Counted from the first letter of the stretch, positions 33,344-43,889 are shown. The stretch: DNA of 64,000 nucleotides from Deltaproteobacteria bacterium (GCA_016218825.1 JACRCV010000034.1:12177-76176), one strand, 5' to 3'. Numbers and translations are program-made. The notes: a model not told the origin generated them from the letters alone.

Positions 33344-34045
33344 CTACTCTTCTTCTTCGGGGTCGTCCTTCTTGCCGAGCGGCATGTCGTCGATGTAGCC
33401 CGAGTGCCGCAGGTAGGCGCGCAGTCGGCCGCGGAGCCGCGACTCGGCGGTGCGGACCTTCATGCGGGTCGAGCCGATGGCGGCGGCGGTCTCCTCCTGA
33501 CCCTTGCCTTCGGCGAAGCGCAACAGCAGCAGCTGTTGGTCCTGTTCCGAGAGCTCGGCCATGAACTTGCCGACCAGGCCGGTGATCTCGATGTGCTCCA
33601 TCTCCGAGTCCTGGGGCTTCGAGGGGCTGCCGTAGAGGACGCCGGTGTACTCCTCGGTGATCTCGTCGTCCATCACCGCCAGATGACCGCGCTCGTCGGT
33701 GGGGGCGATGTACTGCGAGAACGCGATCTCGCGGTTGCGGAACTGGTTGATGACCATGTTGCGGCCGATGGCCAGCACCCAGTTGGTGAAGGAGTTGATG
33801 CCGTTGTAGGAGTCGCGGGCGCGGGCCTCGAAGGCGCGGCGAAAGACCTCCTGCACCGCGGCCTTCAGATCGGCCGGGTCTTGGATGCCCTTGAAGTAGA
33901 AGCTGCCCTTGCCGCTCCTGAAGGTGAAGCCCTTGCGCAAGAAGGCGGTGACCCCCGGCGCGTAGTGCCGGTACACCTCCGTCATCGCTGCCCGCTCGCC
34001 GCGCTTGAAGGCGGCGAGGAGCTTCTTGTCCTTCGCCAAAAACAT
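33344..34045 (-). CDS. ECF-type RNA polymerase sigma factor
   Basis: LLAAFKRGERAAMTEVYRHY, DLKAAVQEVFRRAF, FTNWVLAIGRNMVIN (region 2); LSEQDQQLLLLRF..QEETAAAIG..KVRT (region 4). Confidence 0.9.
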   Translation of the reverse strand: MFLAKDKKLLAAFKRGERAAMTEVYRHYAPGVTAFLRKGFTFRSGKGSFYFKGIQDPADLKAAVQEVFRRAFEARARDSYNGINSFTNWVLAIGRNMVINQFRNREIAFSQYIAPTDERGHLAVMDDEITEEYTGVLYGSPSKPQDSEMEHIEITGLVGKFMAELSEQDQQLLLLRFAEGKGQEETAAAIGSTRMKVRTAESRLRGRLRAYLRHSGYIDDMPLGKKDDPEEEE

Positions 34046-34102
34046 TGAGTCGACGCCCAAGGTACCGCGAGCGGCTCTACGACGCTAGGGCTCGGACGAG
34101 CG

Positions 34103-36343
34103 TCAGGCCTCGACGACCGCCTGCAGCTCGGCGTCGGTCTGCCGCAAGCGCAGCGCCAGGATGCGCGCCAGGCGGGCGAACAGCATCGCGCCGGTGTCGG
34201 GGTGGCGGCGCGACAGCTCGTCGAGGCGCTGCCGGGAGAGGGCGTAGATCGAGACCTCGTCCTCGGCGACCGCGTCGGCCGATCGCCGGCCGCGATCGAG
34301 GAACGCCATGTCGCCGAACAGCGCGCCCTTCGAGAAGGTCGCCAAGAGGTGGCTGCGACCGCCGTCGAGCGGCAGCGAGATGTTGACGGTGCCGCGGCGG
34401 ATGAGGAGGAGCTCGTCGCCCGGGTCGTCGTGCCGGAACACCGCCGCGCCGGGCCCGAAGTGGCGGGGTTGCACCGCCGCGCCGAGGATCGCGAGGGCTT
34501 CGTGGTGGAACCCGCGGAACAGCTCGAACTCGGCGAGGGTCAACGGCGGGCCGGTTTCGGCGCTCTTGACGCCGGCGTCGGCGAGGAGCCGGTCCTCGAC
34601 CCATTGGATGGCGCCGTCGAGGTCGTCGAAGACCTTGACGTTGCGCTCGCGGTGCACCAGGCCGAGCTGGTCGAAGTAGGCCTTCAGGTCCAGGCCGGTG
34701 GGCAGGGTCGCCGGCAGGTGGCTGAAGACCAGGTAGGCGCCGCGATCGGTGAGGCGGGCTTCGATCTGCTCCAGCATGTGGGCCGCGGTGTAGTCGAGCG
34801 ACTGGACCCGCTGCAGATCGAGGACCAGGTAGCGGCAGGTGGCGAGGTCGGCCTCCAAGATCGTGAGCAGTTGATCGGTGGTGCCGAAGAACAAGGTGCC
34901 GTGCAGCCGACAGATGGTGACCCGCGCCCCCTGGTCTTTCAGGACCGCGACCTCGTCGGGCGGCCGTTGGCGCTTGGACGAGATCTGGCCCAACGTCAGC
35001 TTCTGGCGCACCACCGAGCCGCGGATCTGCTCGCGGGTGAAGAGCATGATCGCCAGCGCCAGACCGACGCCGGCCGCCGCGATCGGCGAGATGATGACCG
35101 CGGTGACGATGACCGCGGCGACGACCAGGAAGTCGAGGCGGGTCGTCGGGTGGCGCAAGAGCTCGAGGCTGTGGCGATCGATCATCCGCAGCGACACGAC
35201 GATGATGATCGCGGCGAGCGCGGCGCGCGGGATCCAGCCGACCAGGTTCGGCATCCCGGGGATCAAGCCGCCGAAGAGCAGAAAGGCGCCGAGCGCGAAG
35301 ACCCCCTCGAAGATCCCGGCGCGGCGAGTCCTGCCGCCGCTGTTGATGTTCACCAACGTCGCCCCCATCGTGCCGGCGCCGGGCATGCCGCCCAAGAGCG
35401 CCGAGGCGAGGTTCGCGAGGCCCTGACCGCAGAGCTCGCGGTCCGAGTCGCTGCGGCTACGGGTGAGAGAGTCGACGATGACCCCGGTCTTCAGGGTGTC
35501 GATCGACAGCAGCACCGAGAGGGTCAACGCCGGCACCAGCACGGCGCGGACGTTGTCGGTGGTGAGCGCGGTCGCCGCCGCGAAGCGATCCGCGAGCCCG
35601 GCGACGAACTCGCGTGGCGACGCCCCGACCGCGCCGACCACCAACGGATTGGCGTCGAGGCTGCGGAGCTCGGGGAGGAACGCGGCGAGCAGGCCGTAGG
35701 TCAAAGCGCCGCCGCCGAGGCCGAGGATCACGCCGGGCACCCGTTTCGTCAGGCGCGGCCCCAACAGCATCCCCGCCATCGTCACCAGGCCCACGACCAC
35801 ACCGGGTGCGGACCAGGCGCTCGGCGCGAACAGGCCGGCCCACAGCCCGGTGCCTTTCGCGAGCCCCAAGAGCTCGGGCAGCTGTTTGCTGAACAGCAGG
35901 ACGCCGACGCTGCTCAGGTAGCCCGCGACCACCGGGTAGGGGATGTATTTGATGAGGCGGCCGCCGCCCAGCGCGCCGTAGGCGTACTGAAAACCGGAGG
36001 CGAACAGGCCGACGAGGGTGATGGTGAACAGGAGCTGCTCGGCGGGCGGCGGTGCGACGTTGCTTGCGGCGGCGGCGGCGAGCTCGGCGGCGAAGGCCGC
36101 GAGCAGGAGGGCGGCGGGGCCGCAGGGGGCGGAGATGAGCTTGGTCGAGCCGCCGAAGCGGGGGGCGACGATGCCGAGGGCGATGGTGCCGACCAGGCCG
36201 GCGAGCGCGCCGCGGCCGGCGTGCTCTGGGCCGAGCGCGGCGTAGATCGTCACGCCGTAACCGATGGCCGACGGCAGCGCCACGAGCATCGACGCGAAGC
36301 CGCCCCAGAGGTCGCCGGCGCGGGTGTCGGGGTCGCGGATCAT
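34103..36343 (-). CDS. SulP family anion transporter with STAS and cNMP-binding domains
   Basis: VALPSAIGYG, LIKYIPYPVVAGY, DRELCGQGLAN..GGMPGAG, LHGTLFFGT, LDLQRVQSLDYTA, FGDMAFLDRGRRSADA. Confidence 0.95.
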   Translation of the reverse strand: MIRDPDTRAGDLWGGFASMLVALPSAIGYGVTIYAALGPEHAGRGALAGLVGTIALGIVAPRFGGSTKLISAPCGPAALLLAAFAAELAAAAASNVAPPPAEQLLFTITLVGLFASGFQYAYGALGGGRLIKYIPYPVVAGYLSSVGVLLFSKQLPELLGLAKGTGLWAGLFAPSAWSAPGVVVGLVTMAGMLLGPRLTKRVPGVILGLGGGALTYGLLAAFLPELRSLDANPLVVGAVGASPREFVAGLADRFAAATALTTDNVRAVLVPALTLSVLLSIDTLKTGVIVDSLTRSRSDSDRELCGQGLANLASALLGGMPGAGTMGATLVNINSGGRTRRAGIFEGVFALGAFLLFGGLIPGMPNLVGWIPRAALAAIIIVVSLRMIDRHSLELLRHPTTRLDFLVVAAVIVTAVIISPIAAAGVGLALAIMLFTREQIRGSVVRQKLTLGQISSKRQRPPDEVAVLKDQGARVTICRLHGTLFFGTTDQLLTILEADLATCRYLVLDLQRVQSLDYTAAHMLEQIEARLTDRGAYLVFSHLPATLPTGLDLKAYFDQLGLVHRERNVKVFDDLDGAIQWVEDRLLADAGVKSAETGPPLTLAEFELFRGFHHEALAILGAAVQPRHFGPGAAVFRHDDPGDELLLIRRGTVNISLPLDGGRSHLLATFSKGALFGDMAFLDRGRRSADAVAEDEVSIYALSRQRLDELSRRHPDTGAMLFARLARILALRLRQTDAELQAVVEA

Positions 36344-36464
36344 CTTGGGCGCGCATCATCTGGTGGGGGCTGCGGCGTCGCAAGGGGAAAAAGGACGCGG
36401 TGCGGCGTTCGGCGCGCGGCGCCGTCCGCAACCCGGCAATTGGTCAGGCGCGTCGGGGTGCGCT

Positions 36465-36818
36465 ATGTTCAAGGGTATGAAGGGCAAGGACCTACCGAAG
36501 GCGGAGAGTAGACCGGCGTCGCAGACGCTCCGATCTGTCACCGATTTGCGCGACGCCAAGCAGCAGCTCGACCGTGACCATGAGCCCGTGGTTCTCGAAA
36601 TGGACGGTACACGCCTCGTGGTGATGCTGTCCGACGTCTTCGACCGACTCGTCGAGGGCGTCGGCGAGCTGGTCGCCAAAGACCTGCGCGGTCTCGAAGG
36701 CAACCAGGAAACCAAAGGCGACCAGAAGCCGCCCGACCCCGGGTCGTGGGGAAAGGTTCGCGAAGTCCTCGACGCCGCCCGCGAGGCGCTCTCCAAGATC
36801 GACAGCGGCAAGCGCTGA
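36465..36818 (+). CDS. Small protein with Phd/YefM antitoxin-like segment
   Basis: SVTDLRD..QLDRDHEPVVLEMDGTRLVVML..FDRL pattern; start ATG36465 or ATG36478. Confidence 0.5.
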   Translation: MFKGMKGKDLPKAESRPASQTLRSVTDLRDAKQQLDRDHEPVVLEMDGTRLVVMLSDVFDRLVEGVGELVAKDLRGLEGNQETKGDQKPPDPGSWGKVREVLDAAREALSKIDSGKR

Positions 36819-36920
36819 GCGCCACGCGATCGACGCCCAATGCCCCCCCAGGCAGGTCGTCGACAACCGGTCAGAGCCCGAGGGTGCCGGCGCCGCCGTT
36901 GGCGGTGGTCCGGTCCGTGG

Positions 36921-38297
36921 TCAACCTCGACAAATGGCGTCGCGCTTCGAGCGCCGACGGCTCCAGACCGCTGCGATACCACAAACGAGGGCGATCGAGA
37001 ATCCACCCGGCGCGGCGCTGCAGCTGCCGGGGACCGCGGGCAGCGCGTCCGCCTCACAGCCGTTCGCGGCGTCGCCGTCGGCGTCGAAGAAGTTGTCGTA
37101 ACACACGTCGATGACGCATTGCCCGGCCTCGCAGTGGCCGTCGCCGTCTCTCGGCGCGCACGCCTGGTTGCAGCCGCCGCAGTTCGCGCTCGAGGTCTGG
37201 AAATCGGTGCATACGCCGCCGCAGCGGTCACACGGGACGCAGTCATAGCCGACGTCGCTGGAGACGTAACCGCAGGTCATGTTGGCGGCGGCGCAGTCGT
37301 GGATCTCGAGGCTGGTCCCGTTGCACCACTGCAGCGTGTCACCGTCACAGCGGCCGGATCTGTCGATGTCGCCGCAAGCGAGCGGCAAGCAGTCAAACCC
37401 CGCCTGGTCGCCGAGATAGCCGCAGCCCCGACCGCGCACGGCGCACAGCCGGGTGTAGACGTAGCCGTTCTCGCACCAGACGGCGTTGCCGCCCTTGCAC
37501 TCGCCCAGCAGGGTCTCGCCGTGACAGGCCCTGAGCGGCGGCGGCAACGGCTCGCTGAGCCGCAGGTCGACGAAGGGCGCGACGACGTCGACGCGGGTCA
37601 AGTGGTCGCGGCCGACGCAAGAGTCATCGCCCCATTGCTCGGTGCCCACGACTACCGGCGGTGTGGCGGCGTCGGGTTGGTAGATGATTGGACCGCCCGA
37701 GTCGCCGAAGCAGATGCCCTGCTGCTGGTGTCCGTCCACGGTCACGGTCTCGCGGTCCGAGCTCACGACCTGGACCGAGGCGAAGTAGCGGCCCTCGCGG
37801 CTGGCGTCGCGGGTCTGACCGTAGCCGGCGGCGTCGACCCAGCGATTGATCCAGGTGCCGTCTACCGGGACGCGGTTGAGCGCGATCGGCACGACGTCGG
37901 CGACCGCCTCGAGCGCGTCGGCGCCGAGGATCAAGAGCGAGAAGTCGACGTCCGGGTTCTCGTCGACCTCGGCGACGGGGATCAGGGCGAGGGGCGGATC
38001 CGGGAGGACGCCGAAGCCGATCATGATCTCGGCCGGGCTCGCGTCCACCGACTGGGTGCAGTGGCGGGCCGAAATCACCGCACGCGGTGCGACCAGCGTC
38101 CCGCTGCAAAACGGCGCGCCGCTGGTGTCGGCGAGGAAGACCACCGCCAGGACCTGGCCCGGAGTGAGGAAGGTGTTCTGCGGCGCGCGGCTGCCGTTGA
38201 CGATCGCAGCTTCCACCCCCCCGAATGGCGCCACCGTCGGCGACCCGCCACACGCCGCACCCACGAGGCACAAGCCCAGGACGCGACAGATCTTCAT
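36921..38297 (-). CDS. Trypsin-like (S1) serine protease with Cys-rich repeats and MYXO-CTERM-like tail
   Basis: Signal/lipobox GAAC, IVNG, CSGTLV..ISARHC, DFSLL, GICFGDSGGP; C-terminal GSCSAAPGG..LVCGIAAVWSRRRSKR. Confidence 0.9.
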   Translation of the reverse strand: MKICRVLGLCLVGAACGGSPTVAPFGGVEAAIVNGSRAPQNTFLTPGQVLAVVFLADTSGAPFCSGTLVAPRAVISARHCTQSVDASPAEIMIGFGVLPDPPLALIPVAEVDENPDVDFSLLILGADALEAVADVVPIALNRVPVDGTWINRWVDAAGYGQTRDASREGRYFASVQVVSSDRETVTVDGHQQQGICFGDSGGPIIYQPDAATPPVVVGTEQWGDDSCVGRDHLTRVDVVAPFVDLRLSEPLPPPLRACHGETLLGECKGGNAVWCENGYVYTRLCAVRGRGCGYLGDQAGFDCLPLACGDIDRSGRCDGDTLQWCNGTSLEIHDCAAANMTCGYVSSDVGYDCVPCDRCGGVCTDFQTSSANCGGCNQACAPRDGDGHCEAGQCVIDVCYDNFFDADGDAANGCEADALPAVPGSCSAAPGGFSIALVCGIAAVWSRRRSKRDAICRG

Positions 38298-38408
38298 CGC
38301 GGCAGCGTGTCACAACCATCCGAGAGTGACAACTGCGGCCAAGTAGCGCCTTGGCGCGAGCCGCGGCAATCTTGACCCGGTGTGGCAACATCCCTATCGA
38401 TTGTGCTC

Positions 38409-39908
38409 ATGAACGCTCGTCAACCGCTGGCCTTCGTTGTTGCCGTCGCCACCCTCCGCTGCGCCACCTCGACGCCGGCCACGCGTGAACCGGTCGGCGC
38501 GCCCGCCGCCCCGGTGCTGCCTGCCGTGGCCGAGAGCGCCCCGGCGGCGGTCGTCGTCCAGCCGGCGCGCGACATCGAGGGGGCGTTGGTCTTGGTGGAG
38601 GCGGGACGGGTCATTCAGCGGGAGCGCGGTGAGGGCGGGGCCGCCGACGCGATCCGCACCTACCGCGAGGCGCTCGCCGCCGACCCGAAGTGCGCCGCGG
38701 CGCTCTGGGAGCTCGGCTGGTCGTACCAAGTGCAAGCCGAGCTGGACCAGGCGGTGGCCGCGTGGGACGAGCTCAAGGCGCTCGAGCCCGGCTACCCCGA
38801 CCTCGACCGACACTACCCGGTGTTGTTGATGCGCCGCGACCAGGCGCGGGCGTTGGCCGCGCTCCCCGACCCCGGGGTGCTCCCGGAGCGCGAGACAGCG
38901 CCGCGCGAGGGGCCGACGTTGACGTTGAAGGCAGTGGGTGACGTGAACCTCGGTCGTGCCTGGCCCGCCGATCGGGCGACATTGCCGGCGAACGACGCGC
39001 GCGATCTCTTCGTGCCGTTCGCCGAGGAGCTCAAGGCCGCGGATTTGACCATCGGCAACCTCGAGACCGTGCTCGCCGACAGCGGCGACTCCACCAAGTG
39101 CGGACCGAAGTCGACCAAGTGCTTCTCGTTCCGGGTGCCGACGAGCTACGCCGCGGCGCTCAAAGAGGCCGGCTTCGACATCATGGGCATCGCCAACAAT
39201 CACGCCGGCGACTTCGGCCAGGAGGGCCGCGCCGCGACCAAGCAGGCGCTTGACGCGGTCGGCATCAAGTACAGCGGCACCATCGGTGACGTCGCGAGCG
39301 TCGAGATCAACGGGCTGCGGCTGGCGTTGATCGCGTTCTCGTTCGGCGCCGACGTCTACAGCATCCTCGACATTCCGACCGCAAAGCGCGTGGTCGCGGA
39401 CTTGAAGCGGCGCCACGACCTGGTGGTGGTGTCGTTCCACGGCGGCGCCGAGGGCGCGGATGCCGGCCACGTGCCGAAGGAGGTCGAGCGCTTCCTCGGC
39501 GAGAACCGCGGCGACGAGTACGGATTCGCGCACGGGGTCGTCGACGCCGGCGCCGACTTGGTGGTGGGTCACGGGCCGCATCGGGTGCGGGGCGTCGAGA
39601 TCTACAAAGGCCGCTTCATCGCCTACAGCCTCGGCAACTTCTGCACCTACAAGATGTTCGGGCTCGCGGGCGCCCTGGGCGTCACCGCGGTGCTCGGCGT
39701 GACCCTGGCGGCGAACGGCGTCGTGACCGAGGCGCGCCTGGTGCCGGGGATCATCGACCAACCCGGGATCCCACGGCCCGACCCGACCGGCCAGGCGATC
39801 AAGCTGGTTCGCGACCTGTCGCGGCAGGACTTCGGCGACGCGGTGCTCGACGCCGCCGGGCACTACCAGCGCAGCGCGCCCGCGGCGGCTACTGCAAGCT
39901 CCCCGTGA
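38409..39908 (+). CDS. CapA (PGA_cap) family metallophosphoesterase with N-terminal TPR
   Basis: AVGDV, GNLET, ANNHAGDFG, SFHGGAE, GADLVVGHGPH, YSLGNF; TPR ALWELGWSY. Confidence 0.92.
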   Translation: MNARQPLAFVVAVATLRCATSTPATREPVGAPAAPVLPAVAESAPAAVVVQPARDIEGALVLVEAGRVIQRERGEGGAADAIRTYREALAADPKCAAALWELGWSYQVQAELDQAVAAWDELKALEPGYPDLDRHYPVLLMRRDQARALAALPDPGVLPERETAPREGPTLTLKAVGDVNLGRAWPADRATLPANDARDLFVPFAEELKAADLTIGNLETVLADSGDSTKCGPKSTKCFSFRVPTSYAAALKEAGFDIMGIANNHAGDFGQEGRAATKQALDAVGIKYSGTIGDVASVEINGLRLALIAFSFGADVYSILDIPTAKRVVADLKRRHDLVVVSFHGGAEGADAGHVPKEVERFLGENRGDEYGFAHGVVDAGADLVVGHGPHRVRGVEIYKGRFIAYSLGNFCTYKMFGLAGALGVTAVLGVTLAANGVVTEARLVPGIIDQPGIPRPDPTGQAIKLVRDLSRQDFGDAVLDAAGHYQRSAPAAATASSP

Positions 39909-42900
39909 TCCGGTAGTAGTCCGAGGCGCGGTCGATCTGGGCGCCGGTCAGGGTCCACACCGCGTCGGTGCCGGTCGGCAGGTTGGCGATGTTGCCGAGG
40001 TTGATCTCCGGGATCGGGAACGACGCCATGACTCCACCCAGGATGCTCGGCAACAAGAGCTGCATCAGGCCGGTGAACAGGTCGCTCATCGTCCCCTGAT
40101 AGGCCGGATCGTCGATCGCGTACACCTGCACCGCCACCGTCGGTTGCAGGTTGAACTGCGTTTGCAGCACGTTGGTGCTCTGGTCGATCAAGAGCGAGCC
40201 GCCGAGGATCGCGGAGAGGTAGAGCCCGACGTGGAGCGGCGGGCCGGAGCTCGCGGTGCCGAGGAGGGCCGCGAGATCGACCGTGGCGTCGATCATCATG
40301 TCGCCGACCCCGAGCTCGAGCTGGGCGCCGTTTCTCCCCGGCATCGCCACCGGCGGCAACAAGGCGCGCAGCGACATGCTGATCCCGGGGACCCCGGTGC
40401 CGCTGACCAGCGGCGCCAGGTCGGCGGCGTCGAGGTCCAGGCCGCCGCCGTACCACAACGCCCACAGCACCTGGTTCAGCAAGTCGTCCTTGAGGCCCAT
40501 GCCGAACGAGTAGGCCGAGGCGCTAAACGCCGGCAGCGCGCCGTCCTTGCGGATGGCGCCCAGCGCGTCGCTCGGGATGCCGGCGCCGCGGGCGCCGGGG
40601 TAGAGCTGGGAGTACAAGCCGAGCTGCCCGTAGCCGGGGTCCGGGCTCGTCGCCGGGCACTCGGCCGGCTTGGCGATGCCGGCGCTCGGGCCGCAGAACA
40701 CGACGCGGTCGAGGCCGGAGGCCAGCTCGAGGTGCATGCTCATCGGCGGTGGGATCTCGAGGCCGGACTCGATCGCGAAGCCGCCGAGCATGCCTTCGAC
40801 GAGGGGTGGGATCTGATCGCTGATGGCGCCCGCGAGCGCATCCTCGATGGTCGGCTCGAAGACGGAGATCAAGAGATCGGTGAAGCCGTCACAGGCCCAC
40901 TGCAGCCAGCTCGCACAGCCGATCGAGACGTACAAACCACCGGTGCTCAGGCTCATCGATGCAACCGCCGCGCGGGGGACACCGCCGGAGAGCGATACCT
41001 GCAGGGCACCGGTGGCCCGGACCCAGTCGGCGCCGGCGGTGCCGGTGGTGGAGAACGAGGCGATCGTCGTCGGACCAATGCCGCAGGTGCACTCGCGGTC
41101 GCGCGCCCACAACGTCAACGGGAAGTCGGCCTGGCCGATGAGGACGTCGAACGCCAGCCCGCCGTCGACGGCGGTCAGCGACGTGATGTACGGCCCTTCG
41201 ATGTAGATGCTGCGGTTGGCGTCCCTGCGTAGCTCGTAGTCGGCGTCGACCCAGGTGTCGCACCAGAAACAACAGCCGGCGCTGCATCTGCGCCCCGAGG
41301 TGTCGTTGGACGCGAGCGGCGGATCAGCGGGGATCAAGCCGTTCCAGTCCGTGGTCCTGATGATCGTCTCGCCGATGGAGGCGATGTCGTTCAGCGTCGA
41401 ACGGTTGCCGTCGTCGAGGACCGATTGGTTGAGCTGGGCGAGGATCCCCTGCGCCACCCGCGCCCCGGGGTCGGGAGCGAGCGACGCGTTGAAGTACGCG
41501 CCGCTGCGCAAGAACGACTGCGCCAACACCGAGCGGTTGCCGCAGGCGTCGGTGGCGCTGCCGGTGATGATCGTCAGCCCCCAGCGGCTGCTCGCGGTCC
41601 CGACCACGGGCTCCGTCAAGTTGGCGCCCGACACCGGGAGGCCGGCGCCGTTCAGCGTCAGGTCGACGATGGCGCTCACCGCGTCGGTCGCGCTTCCGGC
41701 GATGCCGATGTCGAGGTCGGTGTTCGGTCCGGTCGGGAGCATCGCGGCGCGCGCCGGCGAGGTGACGCCGAGCACCGGCCCGGTGGAGTCGACCCGCAGG
41801 TTCGTGAGGTAGGGCACCGCCGCGCTGCCCGGGGCCGCGGCGCAGCTCGGGTCGGTGGGGCCGGTGACTGAGATCGCGAGATCGAAGTCGCCCTCTTCGG
41901 TGAACACCCAGCCGCCCTGCGGCGCCGGCACGATCCCTTGATCCGGCGTCGCGACGAGCGTGAAGCCGGCGTCTTCGACCCGATTGCCCCAGACGTCGTA
42001 GACCAGCGCGTCGAGCGGCAAACGCCGGCCGCGCCAGTAGCAGTCCTGGGTCGCGAGATCGACGGCCCAGGTGCACGGCAGGCCCCAGGTCACGGTCACC
42101 ACCGCAGGGGACTCGTCGCCGGCGGCATATCCTGGGACCCGGCAGAACACGTAGTAGGTGCCGCTCCTGGTCGCCGCGAACGTCGAGTCGGTCATGACCA
42201 GGCCGCTGTCCGCGGCGGTCGCGCCGTCGGCGGCGAGCACTGCGATCGTAGTCGGAACGCCGGTCAGGGGGTTGCCAAAGGCATCGCTGACGCTGCATGT
42301 CGCCGTGACCTCTTGGCCCGGGGTGATGGTGGTGAGGTCGACGCTGGTGTCGCTCTTGCCCGGGATCCCTTCGATGATCGTGACGAGCGCCGGCGTGGTG
42401 TCGATGATCTGATCGACGCGACAGGCGATCGGGTAGGTGCCGACGTGGGTGCCGCGGACCACGAAGCCGGCGCCGGACGGGGGATCGACGAGGAGCGCCG
42501 GGTCGGCGTCGATGCCGGTCGGACGCAGATCGGACGCGAGGTTACCGAACACGTCGTAGATGGCACAGCCGACGTCGACGGGTAGACCTGCGCCCGCCGG
42601 GTTCAGGGCGAGCGTGGTGTCGACCGAGCCGACGTACGGCGCCGGTCGCACGGTGACCACCGCGCCGACCGGGTCTTGGACCATCTGGTCGGCGGTCATG
42701 CAGTAGACGGTGACGAGCCCTGCGGTGCGGAGCCGGACCCGCCAGCCGTTCGTTCCGTCTGCGGTCGCGGCGAACGCCGGGGGCGAGGCGGCGACGGTGG
42801 AGCGCTCGGAGGGCGCGGGCGCGCCGTCCTTCTCGATCGCACACCAGACCGAGACTTCGTCGCCGGCGGTGATCGCCGCCGGACTCGCGGTGGTGTGGAC

Positions 42901-43005
42901 GCTGCGGAGATCGGGCGGGGCCGAGTCACTCCCACCCGTGATATGGCGGGCGCCGCAGCCGGAGGCGAGGAGGGCTATCGCGAGGTATCTCGAGGCGTTC
43001 GTCAT
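39889..43005 (-). CDS. Large surface lipoprotein with Cys-containing Ig-like repeats and a beta-rich C-terminal domain
   Basis: ATG43005 MTNASRYLAIALLASGC lipobox; repeated ..C.V.D.FGN..G.Y...C modules; DSTGPVLGVTSPAR Ig-like unit; C-terminal DDLLNQVLWALW.GG. Confidence 0.8.
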   Translation of the reverse strand: MTNASRYLAIALLASGCGARHITGGSDSAPPDLRSVHTTASPAAITAGDEVSVWCAIEKDGAPAPSERSTVAASPPAFAATADGTNGWRVRLRTAGLVTVYCMTADQMVQDPVGAVVTVRPAPYVGSVDTTLALNPAGAGLPVDVGCAIYDVFGNLASDLRPTGIDADPALLVDPPSGAGFVVRGTHVGTYPIACRVDQIIDTTPALVTIIEGIPGKSDTSVDLTTITPGQEVTATCSVSDAFGNPLTGVPTTIAVLAADGATAADSGLVMTDSTFAATRSGTYYVFCRVPGYAAGDESPAVVTVTWGLPCTWAVDLATQDCYWRGRRLPLDALVYDVWGNRVEDAGFTLVATPDQGIVPAPQGGWVFTEEGDFDLAISVTGPTDPSCAAAPGSAAVPYLTNLRVDSTGPVLGVTSPARAAMLPTGPNTDLDIGIAGSATDAVSAIVDLTLNGAGLPVSGANLTEPVVGTASSRWGLTIITGSATDACGNRSVLAQSFLRSGAYFNASLAPDPGARVAQGILAQLNQSVLDDGNRSTLNDIASIGETIIRTTDWNGLIPADPPLASNDTSGRRCSAGCCFWCDTWVDADYELRRDANRSIYIEGPYITSLTAVDGGLAFDVLIGQADFPLTLWARDRECTCGIGPTTIASFSTTGTAGADWVRATGALQVSLSGGVPRAAVASMSLSTGGLYVSIGCASWLQWACDGFTDLLISVFEPTIEDALAGAISDQIPPLVEGMLGGFAIESGLEIPPPMSMHLELASGLDRVVFCGPSAGIAKPAECPATSPDPGYGQLGLYSQLYPGARGAGIPSDALGAIRKDGALPAFSASAYSFGMGLKDDLLNQVLWALWYGGGLDLDAADLAPLVSGTGVPGISMSLRALLPPVAMPGRNGAQLELGVGDMMIDATVDLAALLGTASSGPPLHVGLYLSAILGGSLLIDQSTNVLQTQFNLQPTVAVQVYAIDDPAYQGTMSDLFTGLMQLLLPSILGGVMASFPIPEINLGNIANLPTGTDAVWTLTGAQIDRASDYYRITGSLQ

Positions 43006-43127
43006 CGCTCTCGGAGTGTAGCCAGTGTGCCGCGGTTTCGCATGACACGGTGCGTTGCGGCCCAACTCGGCGCCGGTGGCGGCGCGGGTGACGCCGCCCG
43101 GTTGGCGCGCTCGGGTTGCGCGTAGCG

Positions 43128-43889
43128 TCACGGGTGGACGCGATCCAGGAGGCGCAAGATGCCGTCGAGGGTGGTGAGCGGATGTGGCGGGCAGCCGGGG
43201 ATGAAGAGGTCGACCGGCAGGATGCGGCTGAGGTCGCCGATGACCTCGTCGTGGCCGGCGTAGGGGCCGCCGCTGATCGCACAGGCGCCGGTGGCGATCA
43301 CGACCTTGGGGGTCGGCACCGCGGCGTAGGTCTTCTCCAGCGCCAGCACCATGTTCTTGGGGATGGCCCCGGTGACCAACAACCCGTCGGCGTGGCGCGG
43401 CGAGGCCACGAACTGCACCCCGAAGCGCGCCAGATCGAACACCACGGTGTTCAAGACGCTCACGTCGGCCTCGCAACCGTTGCAGCCACCGGCGCTCACC
43501 TGGCGCAGCTTCAAGGAGCGGCCGAACAACGACAGCAGCGGCTTCGCGAGCGGGCCGGTCGCGGGCGTCGGCGTCGCGCCCTGCAGCAGGTGATCGCGCT
43601 GCCGGCCGGCGAGCACGTGGTCGGTCGTCAGCTGCAGGGCGGCGCTCGGGCAGGCTTCGACACACGCGTTGCAGAACAGGCAGCGACCGAGGTCGAGGGT
43701 GAGGCTCCGGCCGCTGCCGTTGATCGCGGCGGTGGGGCAGGCGGCGGCGCAGGCGTGGCAGTCGGTCTTGCAGTTGTCGAGGTCGAGGCGCGGCCGGCCG
43801 CGAACGCGGGCGGGCAGCGCCGGCGCCGGGGTCGGATAGCGGATGGTGCGGTGCTTCTGCCGGAGGCGGGCGTGGAGGGCACGGAGCAT
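43128..43889 (-). CDS. hyfI: Ehr/hydrogenase-4 small subunit (2x4Fe-4S ferredoxin fused to NuoB/HyfI-like domain)
   Basis: CKTDCHACAAACP, CLFCNACVEACP, GGCNGCE, SPRHADGLLVTG, GACA, IPGCPPHP. Confidence 0.9.
   Translation of the reverse strand: MLRALHARLRQKHRTIRYPTPAPALPARVRGRPRLDLDNCKTDCHACAAACPTAAINGSGRSLTLDLGRCLFCNACVEACPSAALQLTTDHVLAGRQRDHLLQGATPTPATGPLAKPLLSLFGRSLKLRQVSAGGCNGCEADVSVLNTVVFDLARFGVQFVASPRHADGLLVTGAIPKNMVLALEKTYAAVPTPKVVIATGACAISGGPYAGHDEVIGDLSRILPVDLFIPGCPPHPLTTLDGILRLLDRVHP

Noticed and set aside
29919-36511. Long opposite-strand ORFs (781 aa at 29919..32264, 769 aa at 34202..36511)
   Set aside because: Shadow ORFs of the real genes, with no motifs and Arg/Gly/Leu-rich composition.
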